In this document: piece by piece, positions 10,174 through 20,019 of the stretch
Position numbering within the stretch: position 1 is the stretch's first letter
Layout: each line of letters starts with the position of its first letter
DNA from: Candidatus Eiseniibacteriota bacterium
GTDB taxonomy: Bacteria > Eisenbacteria > RBG-16-71-46
Direction: 5' to 3'
Assembly (NCBI GenBank): GCA_963744995.1
Contig: CAVUWA010000009.1
Coordinates: forward strand, 288,001-352,000
DNA: 64,000 nt
Made by a program: the position numbers and the translations under genes
The notes under the pieces: model-generated
The model's input: the letters and a program-made list of their open reading frames with translations, nothing else
What the model was told of the DNA's origin: nothing
Database searches by the model: none

Positions 10174-11160
10174 ATGACCGTGGATACCAAGGAGTCCGCC
10201 CGCCGGATCGAACATGCGGGCGAGGTGCTGGGCCGCGTGCGCACGGAAGTCGGACGCGCGGTCGTCGGCCAGCACGTGATGATCGACCGGCTGCTGGTCG
10301 GCCTGCTCACCGGCGGCCACGTGCTGCTCGAGGGCGTGCCGGGGCTCGCGAAGACCCTCGCGGTGAAGAGCCTCTCCGACGCGCTCTCGCTCAGCTTTCG
10401 CCGCATCCAGTTCACGCCCGACCTGCTGCCCGCCGACCTCACCGGCACCCTGATCTACAGTCCGCGCGACGGCTCGTTCACCGCCAAGCACGGCCCGCTG
10501 TTCGCGAATCTGGTGCTCGCCGACGAGGTCAACCGTGCGCCCGCCAAGGTGCAGTCGGCGCTGCTCGAGGCGATGCAGGAGAAGCAGGTGACGATCGGCG
10601 ACGAGAGCCACCCGCTCGCCGAGCCGTTCCTGGTGATGGCGACGCAGAATCCGATCGAGCAGGAGGGGACCTACACGCTGCCCGAGGCGCAGAGTGACCG
10701 CTTCATGCTCAAGGTGCGCGTGTCCTATCCGACGCGGCACGAGGAGAAGGAGATCCTGAAGCGCGTGGGGCTCGCCGCGCTGCCGGCGCTCCGGCCGCAG
10801 GCGAGCCGGGACGAGGTGCTCGCCGCGCGCGAGGCGCTCCACATGGTCTACGTGGACGACAAGCTCCAGGAATACGTCCTCGACCTGGTGTCGGCGACGC
10901 GCCGCCCGAAGGATTTCGGCCTGGCGCTGGAGACCCTGATCCAGTTCGGCGCCTCGCCGCGCGCGACGCTGTTCCTGGTGCGCGGGGCGCAGGCCCTGGC
11001 GCTGATCGAGGGCCGGCCCTACGTGCTGCCGGAGGACGTCAAGCACATCGCGCTCGACGTGCTCCGCCACCGCATCCACGTCACCTACGAAGCGGAGGCC
11101 GAAGGGGTCGACGGCGAGGAAGTCGCCCGCCGGATCCTCGACCAGGTCCGCGTTCCCTGA
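10174..11160 (+). CDS. moxR: MoxR family AAA+ ATPase
   Basis: LLEGVPGLAKT, RIQFTPDLLPAD, LADEVNRAPAKVQSALLEAMQE, ATQNPIEQEGTY, GASPRA. Confidence 0.95.
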   Translation: MTVDTKESARRIEHAGEVLGRVRTEVGRAVVGQHVMIDRLLVGLLTGGHVLLEGVPGLAKTLAVKSLSDALSLSFRRIQFTPDLLPADLTGTLIYSPRDGSFTAKHGPLFANLVLADEVNRAPAKVQSALLEAMQEKQVTIGDESHPLAEPFLVMATQNPIEQEGTYTLPEAQSDRFMLKVRVSYPTRHEEKEILKRVGLAALPALRPQASRDEVLAAREALHMVYVDDKLQEYVLDLVSATRRPKDFGLALETLIQFGASPRATLFLVRGAQALALIEGRPYVLPEDVKHIALDVLRHRIHVTYEAEAEGVDGEEVARRILDQVRVP

Positions 11161-12041
11161 TGCAGCCCGCCGACCTGCTGACGCGGGTGCGCCGCCTCGA
11201 GATCCGCAGCCGGCACCTGGTGGAGGACCTGTTCGCCGGGCAGTCGGAGAGCGTGTTCAAGGGGCGCGGCATCGAGTTCGAGGAAGTGCGCCCGTACGTT
11301 CCCGGCGACGAGGTGCGGACGATCGACTGGAACGTCACCGCGCGCCTCGGCGCTCCGTACGTCAAGCGCTTCGTCGAGGAACGCGAGTTGACCGTGCTGC
11401 TGGTGGTCGACGTGTCCCGTTCGATGCGCTTCGGCACCGCCGGCGCGGAGAAGCGCGAACTGGCCGCCGAGCTGTGCGCCGTGCTCGGCTTCGCCGCGAT
11501 GCGCAACAACGACCGGGTCGGCCTGGTGCTGGCCGGCGAGCGGGTCGAGCACTTCGTTCCCCCGTCGCGCGGTCGCCAGCACCTGCTGCGCATGCTGCGC
11601 GACGTGCTGAGCCTCAGGGCGGAGCACGCGGGCACGCGGCTCGGCGAGGCCGTGCGCTTCGTCCTGCACACCACGCACCGCCGCAGTCTGGTGTTCTGGC
11701 TGTCCGACTTCCAGGACCGGCTCGAGACGCGCGACTGGCGCGTGCTGTCCAGACGCCACGACGTCACCGCGTTCGCGCTCACCGACCCGCGCGACCTGGC
11801 GCTGCCCGCGGTCGGCTGGGTCGAGCTCGAGGACCTCGAGAGCGGGCGCCGCGCGCTGGTGAACACCGGCAGCCGCAAGGTGCGCGAGCGCTATGCGCGT
11901 GACGCGGCGGCGCGGCGCCAGGAGACGTTCCGTGCGCTCGAACGCTCGCGCTGCTCCGTGGTGGAGGTGCGCACCGACGCGTCGTACCTGCCGGTGCTGA
12001 TGCGTTACTTCTCGGCGAAACGGCGGGGCCGCGTGCGATGA
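11160..12041 (+). CDS. DUF58 domain protein
   Basis: GRGIEFEEVRPYVPGDEVRTIDWNVTAR, EERELTV, DVSRSM; usual MoxR partner. Confidence 0.92.
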   Translation: MQPADLLTRVRRLEIRSRHLVEDLFAGQSESVFKGRGIEFEEVRPYVPGDEVRTIDWNVTARLGAPYVKRFVEERELTVLLVVDVSRSMRFGTAGAEKRELAAELCAVLGFAAMRNNDRVGLVLAGERVEHFVPPSRGRQHLLRMLRDVLSLRAEHAGTRLGEAVRFVLHTTHRRSLVFWLSDFQDRLETRDWRVLSRRHDVTAFALTDPRDLALPAVGWVELEDLESGRRALVNTGSRKVRERYARDAAARRQETFRALERSRCSVVEVRTDASYLPVLMRYFSAKRRGRVR

Positions 12042-13066
12042 GGGGTCGCGCGGCCGGCCGGCTCGCCGAATGCGCCCTGCTCGCGACGTGCGTCGCTGCC
12101 GCCGCGGTGTGGGGCGCGGGCGCGGCGCGTGCCGACGTGCCGGTGCGCACCCGCGCCGCGATCACGCCGTCCACCGCGAAGCTCGGCGAGCGCGTGACCT
12201 ATCGCGGCACGGTCATCGTCCACGGTGGAGCGGGTCCGGTGGCGATCCGCTGGTCCGATCCGGAGCGCACGGAGGCGCTGGCGTGGGGCGCGCTCGAGCC
12301 GCGCTACGTGCGCGGGCGGGCGCCGGCACGCACCGGCGCCGGCCGCGGCGAGCCGCCGCCCGGCGCGGCGGACTTCGACACCGCGTACGTCACCGCGAAT
12401 CTCCAGATCTTCGACACCGGTGTGGTGTCGGTGCCGGGGCTCGAGTTCCAGATGCAGGACGGCTCCGCGTGGAAGTCGTACCGCCTGCCGGTGGTGAAGA
12501 TGCCGGTCGTGCCCATGCTGTCGGCGGCGGACAGCAATGCGACGCTGCGGCCGCTGCGCGGCCCGCTGGGCGCGCCGTGGTGGGAGCGTGTGCCGTGGAC
12601 CATCGTCGGCGCCGCGCTGCTCCTGCTCGCGGCGGTCTTCCTGCTCTGGCGGCGGCTCCGGCGGCGCCATGCGGCGCCCGCGCCCGCGCTCCAGCCCGCG
12701 GCGATGCTCGAGGATCCGGGCGCCGAGGCGCTGCGTGAGCTCGCGGCGCTCCGGCGGCTGCAGCTGCCGGAGGCCGGCCGCTTCGCCGACCACGCCTTCG
12801 CGCTCACGCGCATCCTCAGGCGCTTCCTCGAACGCACGCGCTCGACGCCGCGCCCGGGGCACACGACCCCCGAGCTGGTCGCCGAACTGCGCGCGGCCGG
12901 TCTCGCCGCCGCCGACGTGGCGCGGATCGCGCGGCTGCTGCGCTACTGGGACGGGCTCAAGTTCGCGCGGGCGGAGACCGGTGCCGCGGAAGCGCGCGAG
13001 GCCGAGGACGCGGTCGAGGCGCTGGCCCGTGCGAGTCGCCCCCTGCCGCGCGGGGAGGCCGCCTGA
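12038..13066 (+). CDS. membrane-anchored accessory protein of the MoxR/Bat operon
   Basis: Signal-like N-terminus, beta-rich domain, single TM (WTIVGAALLLLAAVFLLW), TTPEL and LKFAR motifs. Confidence 0.7.
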   Translation: MRGRAAGRLAECALLATCVAAAAVWGAGAARADVPVRTRAAITPSTAKLGERVTYRGTVIVHGGAGPVAIRWSDPERTEALAWGALEPRYVRGRAPARTGAGRGEPPPGAADFDTAYVTANLQIFDTGVVSVPGLEFQMQDGSAWKSYRLPVVKMPVVPMLSAADSNATLRPLRGPLGAPWWERVPWTIVGAALLLLAAVFLLWRRLRRRHAAPAPALQPAAMLEDPGAEALRELAALRRLQLPEAGRFADHAFALTRILRRFLERTRSTPRPGHTTPELVAELRAAGLAAADVARIARLLRYWDGLKFARAETGAAEAREAEDAVEALARASRPLPRGEAA

Positions 13067-14043
13067 TGCGCTGGGATCAGCCCTGGTGGCTGCTGGTGTT
13101 CGTGCTGGTGCCGTTCGCGATCTGGCGCGCGCGCCGCGCGGCCGCTCGCCCCCCCGCCGTGCTGTGGGCGGATCTGCACGGCGGCACGGCGCGCTGGCGC
13201 GCCGCGCTGCTGCGCGGGCTCGGGCTGTTGCCGTGGGCATGCATGCTGATCGCGATGGTCGCGCTCGCGCGGCCGCAGGAGGGCGTCAGCCAGAGCGAGA
13301 CCGAGACGCGCGGCGTGGACATCGTGCTCGCGCTCGACATCAGTCCCAGCATGGCAGCCGAGGACTTCCGTCCGCTCAACCGCCTGCACGTCGCCAAGGA
13401 GACCGCGCGCGAGTTCGTGCGCCAGCGCAGGCACGACCGGGTCGGCATCGTCGGCTTCGCCGCGACGGCGTTCACCCAGTGCCCGCTCACGCTCGATCAC
13501 GACGCCGTGCAGGATCTGATCCAGGGCCTCGACTTCGGGCTCGCCGAGGACGGCACCGCGATCGGCATGGGGCTCGCCACCGCGGTGAACGGGCTCAAGG
13601 AGAGCAAGACGCCGAGCAAGGTCGTCGTGCTGCTCACCGACGGCCAGAACAACCGCGGCCAGATCGACCCGCTCACCGCAGCCGACATCGCCAAAGCCTT
13701 CGGGGTCAAGGTCTACACCGTGCTGGTCGGGCGCGGCGGCGTCGTGCCGGTGCCGGTGGACGATCCGATCCGCGGGCGGCGCATCGAGATGGTGCGCATG
13801 GACGTCGACGAAGGCACGCTCTCGCAGATCGCCGAGCGCACCGGCGGCCGGTTCTTCCGCGCGCAGGACCCCGAAGCCCTGGCCGGAATCTACGACTCCA
13901 TCGACAAGCTCGAGCGTGCGCCGCTCAAGAGCATCGAGTACCGGGAGTACCGCGACCTCGGTCCGTGGCTGCTGGGAATCGCGGCGGCCCTGCTGCTGCT
14001 GCATGCGCTGCTCTCCACCACCTGGGGGTTCCGGGTGCCATGA
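13066..14043 (+). CDS. batA: vWA domain protein, BatA-like
   Basis: MIDAS DISPSM, PLTLDH, GTAIGMGL, LLTDGQNN; TM at both ends. Confidence 0.85.
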   Translation: MRWDQPWWLLVFVLVPFAIWRARRAAARPPAVLWADLHGGTARWRAALLRGLGLLPWACMLIAMVALARPQEGVSQSETETRGVDIVLALDISPSMAAEDFRPLNRLHVAKETAREFVRQRRHDRVGIVGFAATAFTQCPLTLDHDAVQDLIQGLDFGLAEDGTAIGMGLATAVNGLKESKTPSKVVVLLTDGQNNRGQIDPLTAADIAKAFGVKVYTVLVGRGGVVPVPVDDPIRGRRIEMVRMDVDEGTLSQIAERTGGRFFRAQDPEALAGIYDSIDKLERAPLKSIEYREYRDLGPWLLGIAAALLLLHALLSTTWGFRVP

Positions 14044-14056
14044 ACGGAGAACCCGC

Positions 14057-15826
14057 GTGATCTTCGCGCATCCGCACTGGCTCTGGCTCGGCGTGCTCCT
14101 GGCGCCGCTCGTGGCGCTGGAGTGGCTGGCCGCGCGCCGGGCCGAGCGCGCGGTCCAGGCGCTGGTCGGCGATCGCGAGGGCCATCGCCTGCTCGCGCAG
14201 CGCCGCGCCGGGCAGCGGCGCCTGAGCGCCCTGCTGCGCCTCGCCGCGCTGGCGCTGCTGATCGTCGGTGCCGCAGGACCCGAATGGGGCCGCGAGGTGG
14301 TGCGTCGTGCGGCCACCGGCTCGGACATCGTGTTCCTGATCGACGTGTCGGCGAGCATGGACGCGCGCGACGTGCCGCCGAGCCGGCTCGCCGAGGCGCA
14401 GCGCGAGGCGCTGGCGGTCCTGGACCGGCTCGAGGGCAGCCGCGTCGGCGTGGTGGCGTTCGCGGGCGACGCGGTGCGGGTCTGCCCGCTCACGCTCGAG
14501 CGCAGCGCGGTGCGGCTGACGCTCGAGGGTCTCACCAGCGGGTCGGTGAGCGTGCCCGGCACCGACCTCGGCAAGGGGCTGCGCAAGGCGCTGCAGGTCA
14601 TGCCTCCCGGCCGGCGCGACGAGCAGGCCATCATCCTCTGGACCGACGGCGAGGATCTCGAAGCGGGTGGCCGCGCCGCCATCGACGACGTGGTGAAGGC
14701 CGGCGTGCGGGTGTTCGCCGTCGGCTGCGGCACCGCGGCGGGAGACGTGGTGCCGGTGCTCGACGATCAGGGTCGCGCGGTGGACGTCAAGCGTGACGCC
14801 GAGGGCGGACCGGTGCGCAGCCGCCTCGACGAGGCGCTGCTGCGCACGCTGGCGCGCCGCACGCGCGGCGGCTACTTCGCCGCCAGCCGGCCGGGTGGCG
14901 AGCTGCCGCGCCTGGTCGGTGCGCTCGGCTCGGTCGCGCGGGCGGCCCGCGGCGAGCGGCTGGTGGAGCGCCCGGTCGCGCGCTTCCCGCTGTTCGCCGG
15001 GCTCGCCGTGCTGTTGCTGCTGGCCGAGGCGGTGCGGGCGCGCCGGCGGCTCGAGACCGTGCTTCCGTCCGGCGATCGGGCGGCGGGCCGCGGACCCGGC
15101 GCCGGCGTGCGCGCGGCCGCGCTGCTCGGCTGCGTGGCGCTCGGCACGGCGTTCCACCCGCACGCGGCGGCGGCGCAGAGTGCGTGGGCGAAGGGCGATC
15201 GCGCATTCCGCGCCGGGCACTACGCCGAGGCGGAGTCGCTCTATGCGCGGCGCCTCAGGCACGGAGGGCCGGATGCCGTGCGGCTGAACCTGGCGACGGC
15301 GCGGGCCATGGCCGGCAGCGGGCGCGCCGAGGCGCCGCTCGCCGATCTGGCCCGCACGGACGACCGCACGGGCCGCACGGCGGGCTACAACCTGGGCACG
15401 GTGCTCGGTGAAAAGAACGAATTCGAACCGGCGCTGCGCGAGCTCAGGCGCGCGCTGGTGCGGGATCCGACGGACGCCGACGCGCGCTTCAACTACGAGC
15501 TGCTCCTCAGGCGCCAGCGCGAAGCCCGGCGCCGGCAGCAGCAGAACAGGAACCGGCCGCAGAACCCGCAGGATCAGCAGAAACAGCAGAAGCCGCAGCA
15601 GGGGCCGTCGCAGCCGGCGCCGAACGCGCCGCAGCCGCAGGGCGCACCGCAGCAGAGCCCGCAGGCGAAGCCGCCGCAGGCGCCGCCGCCGCCCGGCAGC
15701 GGCCAGGGCATGGACCGCGCCCAGGCCGAGCGGTTGCTCGGCGCGCTCGAGGACCTGCAGCGGCTCGAGCGGCAGCGGCACCAGAAGGTGCGCGTGATGC
15801 AGGAGAAGCGGGGGAAGGACTGGTGA
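14057..15826 (+). CDS. vWA + TPR protein (BatB-BatC-like fusion)
   Basis: GTG 14057; MIDAS DVSASM, DVPPSRL, WTDGED; then TM, TPR (YNLG, DARFNYEL), Q/P-rich linker and C-terminal KDW. Confidence 0.8.
   Translation: MIFAHPHWLWLGVLLAPLVALEWLAARRAERAVQALVGDREGHRLLAQRRAGQRRLSALLRLAALALLIVGAAGPEWGREVVRRAATGSDIVFLIDVSASMDARDVPPSRLAEAQREALAVLDRLEGSRVGVVAFAGDAVRVCPLTLERSAVRLTLEGLTSGSVSVPGTDLGKGLRKALQVMPPGRRDEQAIILWTDGEDLEAGGRAAIDDVVKAGVRVFAVGCGTAAGDVVPVLDDQGRAVDVKRDAEGGPVRSRLDEALLRTLARRTRGGYFAASRPGGELPRLVGALGSVARAARGERLVERPVARFPLFAGLAVLLLLAEAVRARRRLETVLPSGDRAAGRGPGAGVRAAALLGCVALGTAFHPHAAAAQSAWAKGDRAFRAGHYAEAESLYARRLRHGGPDAVRLNLATARAMAGSGRAEAPLADLARTDDRTGRTAGYNLGTVLGEKNEFEPALRELRRALVRDPTDADARFNYELLLRRQREARRRQQQNRNRPQNPQDQQKQQKPQQGPSQPAPNAPQPQGAPQQSPQAKPPQAPPPPGSGQGMDRAQAERLLGALEDLQRLERQRHQKVRVMQEKRGKDW
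15535..15700 (+). repeat. Gln/Pro low-complexity coding tract (CAG/CCG rich)
   Basis: QQQNRNRPQNPQDQQKQQKPQQGPSQ... inside the BatC-like region; boundaries approximate. Confidence 0.6.
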
Positions 15827-18096
15827 GGCGCGGCGTGCTGCTGCTGGTCGCCGCGCTCGCGGTCGTGCGGGCCGCGCCGCTGTCCGCGGCGCCCCAGGTG
15901 GAGGCACAGATCAGCCGCCGGCAGCTCTCGGTGGGCGAAAGCACGACGCTCGACGTGACCGTGCGCGGCGCCGGGGGCAACGTGGGCCAGCCGGAGTTCG
16001 ACGTGCCGCCCGGGATGGAGATCCTCGGCTCGTCGAGGCAGCAGAGCTTCTCGTGGGTGAACGGCAAGTCGAGCAGCGAGGTGCTGTTCCGCTACGACCT
16101 CGGGCCGAGCGCGACCGGCACGTTCCGTATCGGGCCCTTCCGCGTGAAGTCCGGAGGCGACACCTACACGGCGCCGGCGGTCACGGTGTCGGTAAGCGCG
16201 GCACCGACCCGGATCGGCCCGAGCGGCAGCGGACCCGCGGAGCTGCGCGTGGACGTCACGCCGGCGCATCCCTACGTGGGCCAGCCGGTGCTGCTGCGCG
16301 TGCGGCTGGTGCAGCGCGCCTCGCTCGCCGAAGACCCGCGCTACACGCCGCCGCCGACGCCGGGGTTCTGGAGCGAGGATCCGAGCCCGCCGGAATCCTT
16401 CTACGCCGACGAGGGCGGCAGGCGCGTCCTGGTGACCGAGACGCGCACCCGCATGTATCCGATTGCCGTGGGACGCATGACGGTGGGCCAGGCGACGGCG
16501 ACCGTCGCGCTGGCGATCCCGGGGGCGACGATGGATCCGCTGCAGTGGCTGCGCGGCCAGGTCCCGCGCCGCGCGGTCACGCTCGAGAGCGAACCGGTGG
16601 TGGTGGATGTGCGGCCGTTGCCCGCCGGCGCTCCGGACGGCTTCTCGGGCGCGGTCGGCACGCTGAGCGCCGCATGGACGGCCGACCGCAGCGAGACGCG
16701 CACCGACGTGCCGATCACGCTGCGGCTCGATCTGCGCGGCATCGGCAATCTGCCCCTGGTCCAGGCGCCGCGCCTCGATTCCGACGACTGGGAGATCTTC
16801 ACGAGCACCGTGGACGACAGCATGGGCGGCAGCGGCCGGCTGACGGCCGGACGGCGCCGGTTCATGTGGACCGCGCTGCCGCGGCAGGAAGGCCGCCTGC
16901 ACATGCCGGCGCCGACGTTCGCCTGGTTCGATCCCGATCGCGGCCGCTATGTGCGGCTCGCGGCGCCCGATCTGGTGGTGAACGTCGAGCCGCCGCTCGC
17001 CGGCGGCCCGCGCGCCGAGCGGCGGCTCCCTGCGGAACTGGGCCGCCGCACGCTCGATCCGTTCCGGCGTATGGCGCTGCCCTGGGCGTGGGCGCTCGGC
17101 GGGCTGGCGCTCGGCGCTGCCGTGTTCATCTGGCGGCGCTCGGCGCGTCCCGATCCCGACGCAATGGAGCGCGCGCGCCAGCGCGAGTGGCTGCGCGTCG
17201 TCGGCCTCGCGCACGGTCCGGACTTCTGGCGTGCCGCCGAAGAGGCTTCCGCCTGGGCGCAGGCCCGCGGCGCGGACGTCGAGCACCTGCGCCACGAGAT
17301 CGCCGCAGCCCGCTACGGCGGCTCGGTGACCAACGCCGAGAGCGTGCGCCGGCGCGTGGTCGAACTGCTCGGTCGCGCCCTGCCGCCGATGCGGCCGCGC
17401 TGGCCGCTGCAGGTGACGGCGGTGCTCGTGGCGCTCGGCGGCATCGTCCTGTGCGTGCTCACCGGGCCGCGTGGCGGACCGGCGAGCGGCATCGTGCGCG
17501 CGCGCGCGGCGGACCAGGCGGCGGCGGCGGGGCGCATCGACGAGGCGCGCAGCGGCTGGATCGGGCTCTGGCGTGAGGGCGCACGCGCTCCCGGACTCGC
17601 TGCGCGCATCGCCTGGTCTCATGCGAGCGTGGGCGACATCGGCCCCGCGGCGTTGTGGGTGCTGCGCGGCGAAGCGGCCGGGGGCCGCGAGCCGGCGCTC
17701 GGCTGGGTGCGCGAGCAGGTGCGCGAGGGCGGTGGCCTCGCCGGCGAGGACCCTGCCCACCTGCCGGTCACGCCCCTCGAGTGGGCGGTGCTGGCCCTGC
17801 TGGCGGGGCTCACGGCGGGGCTCGCCGCCCGCCGCCGCCCGCTGGCGCTCGCCGCGCTGGCTCTGGCGCTGCTGTTCGCCCTGTGGCGGCCGGTCGAATC
17901 GGCGTGGCAGGCGCGCACGCCGCGCGGGGTGGTGGCGAAGGAGGCGACGCTCGCAGGCCCCGGGCTGGACCTCGAAGCCGGGCACGTGGTGCGGGTGCTG
18001 GGCGCCGCGGGCGATTCGCTCCGCGTTTCGGCCGGCCACGGGGTCGTCGGCACGGTGCCCGCGCAGCGCATCCTCAGGCTCGGGGCCCCGGCGTGA
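15823..18096 (+). CDS. batD: BatD family protein with C-terminal BatE-like (TPR/SH3) extension
   Basis: Signal peptide, SFSWVNGK, YVGQPV, FSGAVG, GIGNL, FAWFDP; C-terminal TM and SH3-like LEAGHVVRVL...GTVP. Confidence 0.75.
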   Translation: MRRGVLLLVAALAVVRAAPLSAAPQVEAQISRRQLSVGESTTLDVTVRGAGGNVGQPEFDVPPGMEILGSSRQQSFSWVNGKSSSEVLFRYDLGPSATGTFRIGPFRVKSGGDTYTAPAVTVSVSAAPTRIGPSGSGPAELRVDVTPAHPYVGQPVLLRVRLVQRASLAEDPRYTPPPTPGFWSEDPSPPESFYADEGGRRVLVTETRTRMYPIAVGRMTVGQATATVALAIPGATMDPLQWLRGQVPRRAVTLESEPVVVDVRPLPAGAPDGFSGAVGTLSAAWTADRSETRTDVPITLRLDLRGIGNLPLVQAPRLDSDDWEIFTSTVDDSMGGSGRLTAGRRRFMWTALPRQEGRLHMPAPTFAWFDPDRGRYVRLAAPDLVVNVEPPLAGGPRAERRLPAELGRRTLDPFRRMALPWAWALGGLALGAAVFIWRRSARPDPDAMERARQREWLRVVGLAHGPDFWRAAEEASAWAQARGADVEHLRHEIAAARYGGSVTNAESVRRRVVELLGRALPPMRPRWPLQVTAVLVALGGIVLCVLTGPRGGPASGIVRARAADQAAAAGRIDEARSGWIGLWREGARAPGLAARIAWSHASVGDIGPAALWVLRGEAAGGREPALGWVREQVREGGGLAGEDPAHLPVTPLEWAVLALLAGLTAGLAARRRPLALAALALALLFALWRPVESAWQARTPRGVVAKEATLAGPGLDLEAGHVVRVLGAAGDSLRVSAGHGVVGTVPAQRILRLGAPA

Positions 18097-18650
18097 AGAC
18101 CCTGCTCCTCGCCCTGGCGCTGCTCGGGCCGCTGCAGGCGGCCGACGCTGCGCTGCAGCGCGCCGTTCAGGACATGCGCCGCCCGGTGCTCGAGCAGCCG
18201 ATGCGGAGCCTGACCGGGATCGGCAAGCCCGTGGTGGTGTTCGGCGCGCTGCTGCTGGTGGCGGCGTTCGACGCCGCGGCGGGCCCGGCGACCGCACGCC
18301 TGGCGCTCGCCGCGCTCGTGCCCACCAATCTGGTGGTCGAGGGCCTGAAGCGCGCCGTGGGACGCACCCGGCCCGACGGTGACCGCAAGCGATCCAATTC
18401 GTCCTTCCCTTCGAGTCACGCCGCGAACGCGTTCGCCCTCGCCTGGGTGCTCGCGCGCCGCTATCGGCGGTTCGCGCCCGCGTTCATGATCCTCGCCGCG
18501 CTCGTCGCCGTCTCGCGCGTGTACCTCAATCGCCACTATGTGAGCGATGTCGTGGCCGGCGCCGCGATCGGGCTCGCATGCGCGTTCTGGAGCGCACGCT
18601 GGCTGGCCGCGCGTGCGCGCCAAAGGCGAGGAACTGCAAATTCTCCCTGA
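18093..18650 (+). CDS. PAP2 family phosphatase
   Basis: KRAVGRTRP, SFPSSH, SRVYLNRHYVSDV (three PAP2 motifs); GTGA overlap. Confidence 0.9.
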   Translation: MKTLLLALALLGPLQAADAALQRAVQDMRRPVLEQPMRSLTGIGKPVVVFGALLLVAAFDAAAGPATARLALAALVPTNLVVEGLKRAVGRTRPDGDRKRSNSSFPSSHAANAFALAWVLARRYRRFAPAFMILAALVAVSRVYLNRHYVSDVVAGAAIGLACAFWSARWLAARARQRRGTANSP

Positions 18651-18705
18651 AAGCCCTTGCATGACGCGGCGGCTGTGAGATGCTGCCCCTCGGAAGGGCT
18701 ACCGA

Positions 18706-19173
18706 ATGACCACTGGTTTCGCCTCAACGGTATTCGACGCCTCGCTCTTCATCCCGGAACTCCGTTATCGCAAGCTGGAGCCGGCCCTCGGTGAGATGAC
18801 CGCGCGCGCCGCACGCGCGGGGAGCGTGGCGGAACCTCGTTTGCTGCGTGCCTCTCTCGCCCTGCGCGAGAAGGCCGGATCCACGGCCATCGGCAAAGGC
18901 GTCGCGCTTCCGCACCTCCGCTCGATCCACGTACTGGAACCCTGCGTCGTGTTCGGCCGCTCGACCCGCGGGGTCGTTTGGAACGCGATCGACGGCGAGC
19001 CGGTGCACCTCGCGCTGCTGATGCTTTCGCCGGCCGAGGTGACGGCTGAAGTGCACGTCGAGTGGGTGGCACGCGGCGCCGCGGTGCTGCGGATTCAGCG
19101 CCAGCGGCAGCGACTGCTCGACGCGGCGGACTTCGGCGCGGTGAGCGCGCTGCTCGCGGACGCGCTGTCGTGA
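18706..19173 (+). CDS. PTS EIIA domain protein (Ntr/fructose-mannitol type)
   Basis: RE...STAIGKGVALPH with phosphorylatable His; WNAIDGEPVHL. Confidence 0.85.
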   Translation: MTTGFASTVFDASLFIPELRYRKLEPALGEMTARAARAGSVAEPRLLRASLALREKAGSTAIGKGVALPHLRSIHVLEPCVVFGRSTRGVVWNAIDGEPVHLALLMLSPAEVTAEVHVEWVARGAAVLRIQRQRQRLLDAADFGAVSALLADALS

Positions 19174-19508
19174 GCCGCCACGCCGAGCTGCTCGAACTCC
19201 ACGACATCGACCTCATGCTGCGCATGATCGGCAAGGACGCGTGCAGGTCGCGCCTCAAGCGGATGGGCCTCGGCTTCGACGACCCGGAGCGGCTGACGCG
19301 GCGTCGCGATCGGCTCGCGGCGCGCATCGAGCCGCGCTGGATGGCCGTGTACGAGCGGGCCTACGGCCGCTACGGGCGGGGCGTGGTCGCGGTGCGCGAC
19401 CGCGTGTGCATGGGCTGCTTCATCACCCTGCCCACCTCGTCGACCCCCGACGTCCACGACACGCTCACCCAGTGCGAGTCGTGCGGCCGGCTGCTGTACT
19501 GGCGCTAG
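19170..19508 (+). CDS. short C4 zinc-ribbon protein (DUF164/HP0958/CT398-like C-terminus)
   Basis: YER...GVVAV, CMGCFITLP, CESCGRLLY; GTGA overlap with the EIIA gene. Confidence 0.8.
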   Translation: MSRHAELLELHDIDLMLRMIGKDACRSRLKRMGLGFDDPERLTRRRDRLAARIEPRWMAVYERAYGRYGRGVVAVRDRVCMGCFITLPTSSTPDVHDTLTQCESCGRLLYWR

Positions 19509-19594
19509 GCGGCCGCCGCTCCACCTTCGGTGTCGTGCTGTGCTAGCCTCGACGCGTTCGACCGGGCGGCGACCGGGGGAGGTTCTACCAACCG

Positions 19595-20017
19595 ATGTTC
19601 TTTCATCGCGCAGCTCGCCTCGCGGGCGCGGCGCTGGTGCTGGCGGCGCAGGGTTGCACCGCCCTTCGCGAGATTCCGCCGGGCGAGTACACGCAGGAAC
19701 CCGAGCGGCGCCACGTTCGCATCGAAACCCGTGAAGGGCTCCAGTACGAGTTCGATTTCGCCCGCTTCTCCGCCGACTCGGTGACCGGCTTCCGCCGTCT
19801 CGATGTCGAGGGGCCCGTGGACGCGTTCGCGCAGACCAGCCTCGGCTACGACGATCTGTCGCGGCTGTCCACGCGGCAGGTGGACTGGTATCGCACCGGA
19901 CTGGTCGGCGGCGGGGCGATCGCGGCGATCGTGGCAGCGGGCCTCGCCAGCACGCGCAAGAAGGACAACCCCGGCGACTCGGGCGGCGGCGGCGGACGCC
20001 CGCCCGGCATTCCCTGA
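19595..20017 (+). CDS. putative lipoprotein
   Basis: SD GGGGAGGT; signal ending LAAQG-C; C-terminal hydrophobic helix and Gly/Pro tail; upstream TGcTAGCCT extended -10. Confidence 0.7.
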   Translation: MFFHRAARLAGAALVLAAQGCTALREIPPGEYTQEPERRHVRIETREGLQYEFDFARFSADSVTGFRRLDVEGPVDAFAQTSLGYDDLSRLSTRQVDWYRTGLVGGGAIAAIVAAGLASTRKKDNPGDSGGGGGRPPGIP

Positions 20018-20019
20018 TC

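Noticed and set aside
8146..11079. Very long minus-strand ORFs (this 977-aa one, also 15574-18297, 29323-31833, 41778-44762, 51099-53378)
   Set aside because: Antisense shadows of well-supported + strand genes; stop codons are scarce at this GC and no family motifs are present.
15535..15700. CAG/CCG-rich tract as a tandem-repeat or phase-variation locus
   Set aside because: Imperfect; explained by the Gln/Pro linker usual in BatC-like proteins.
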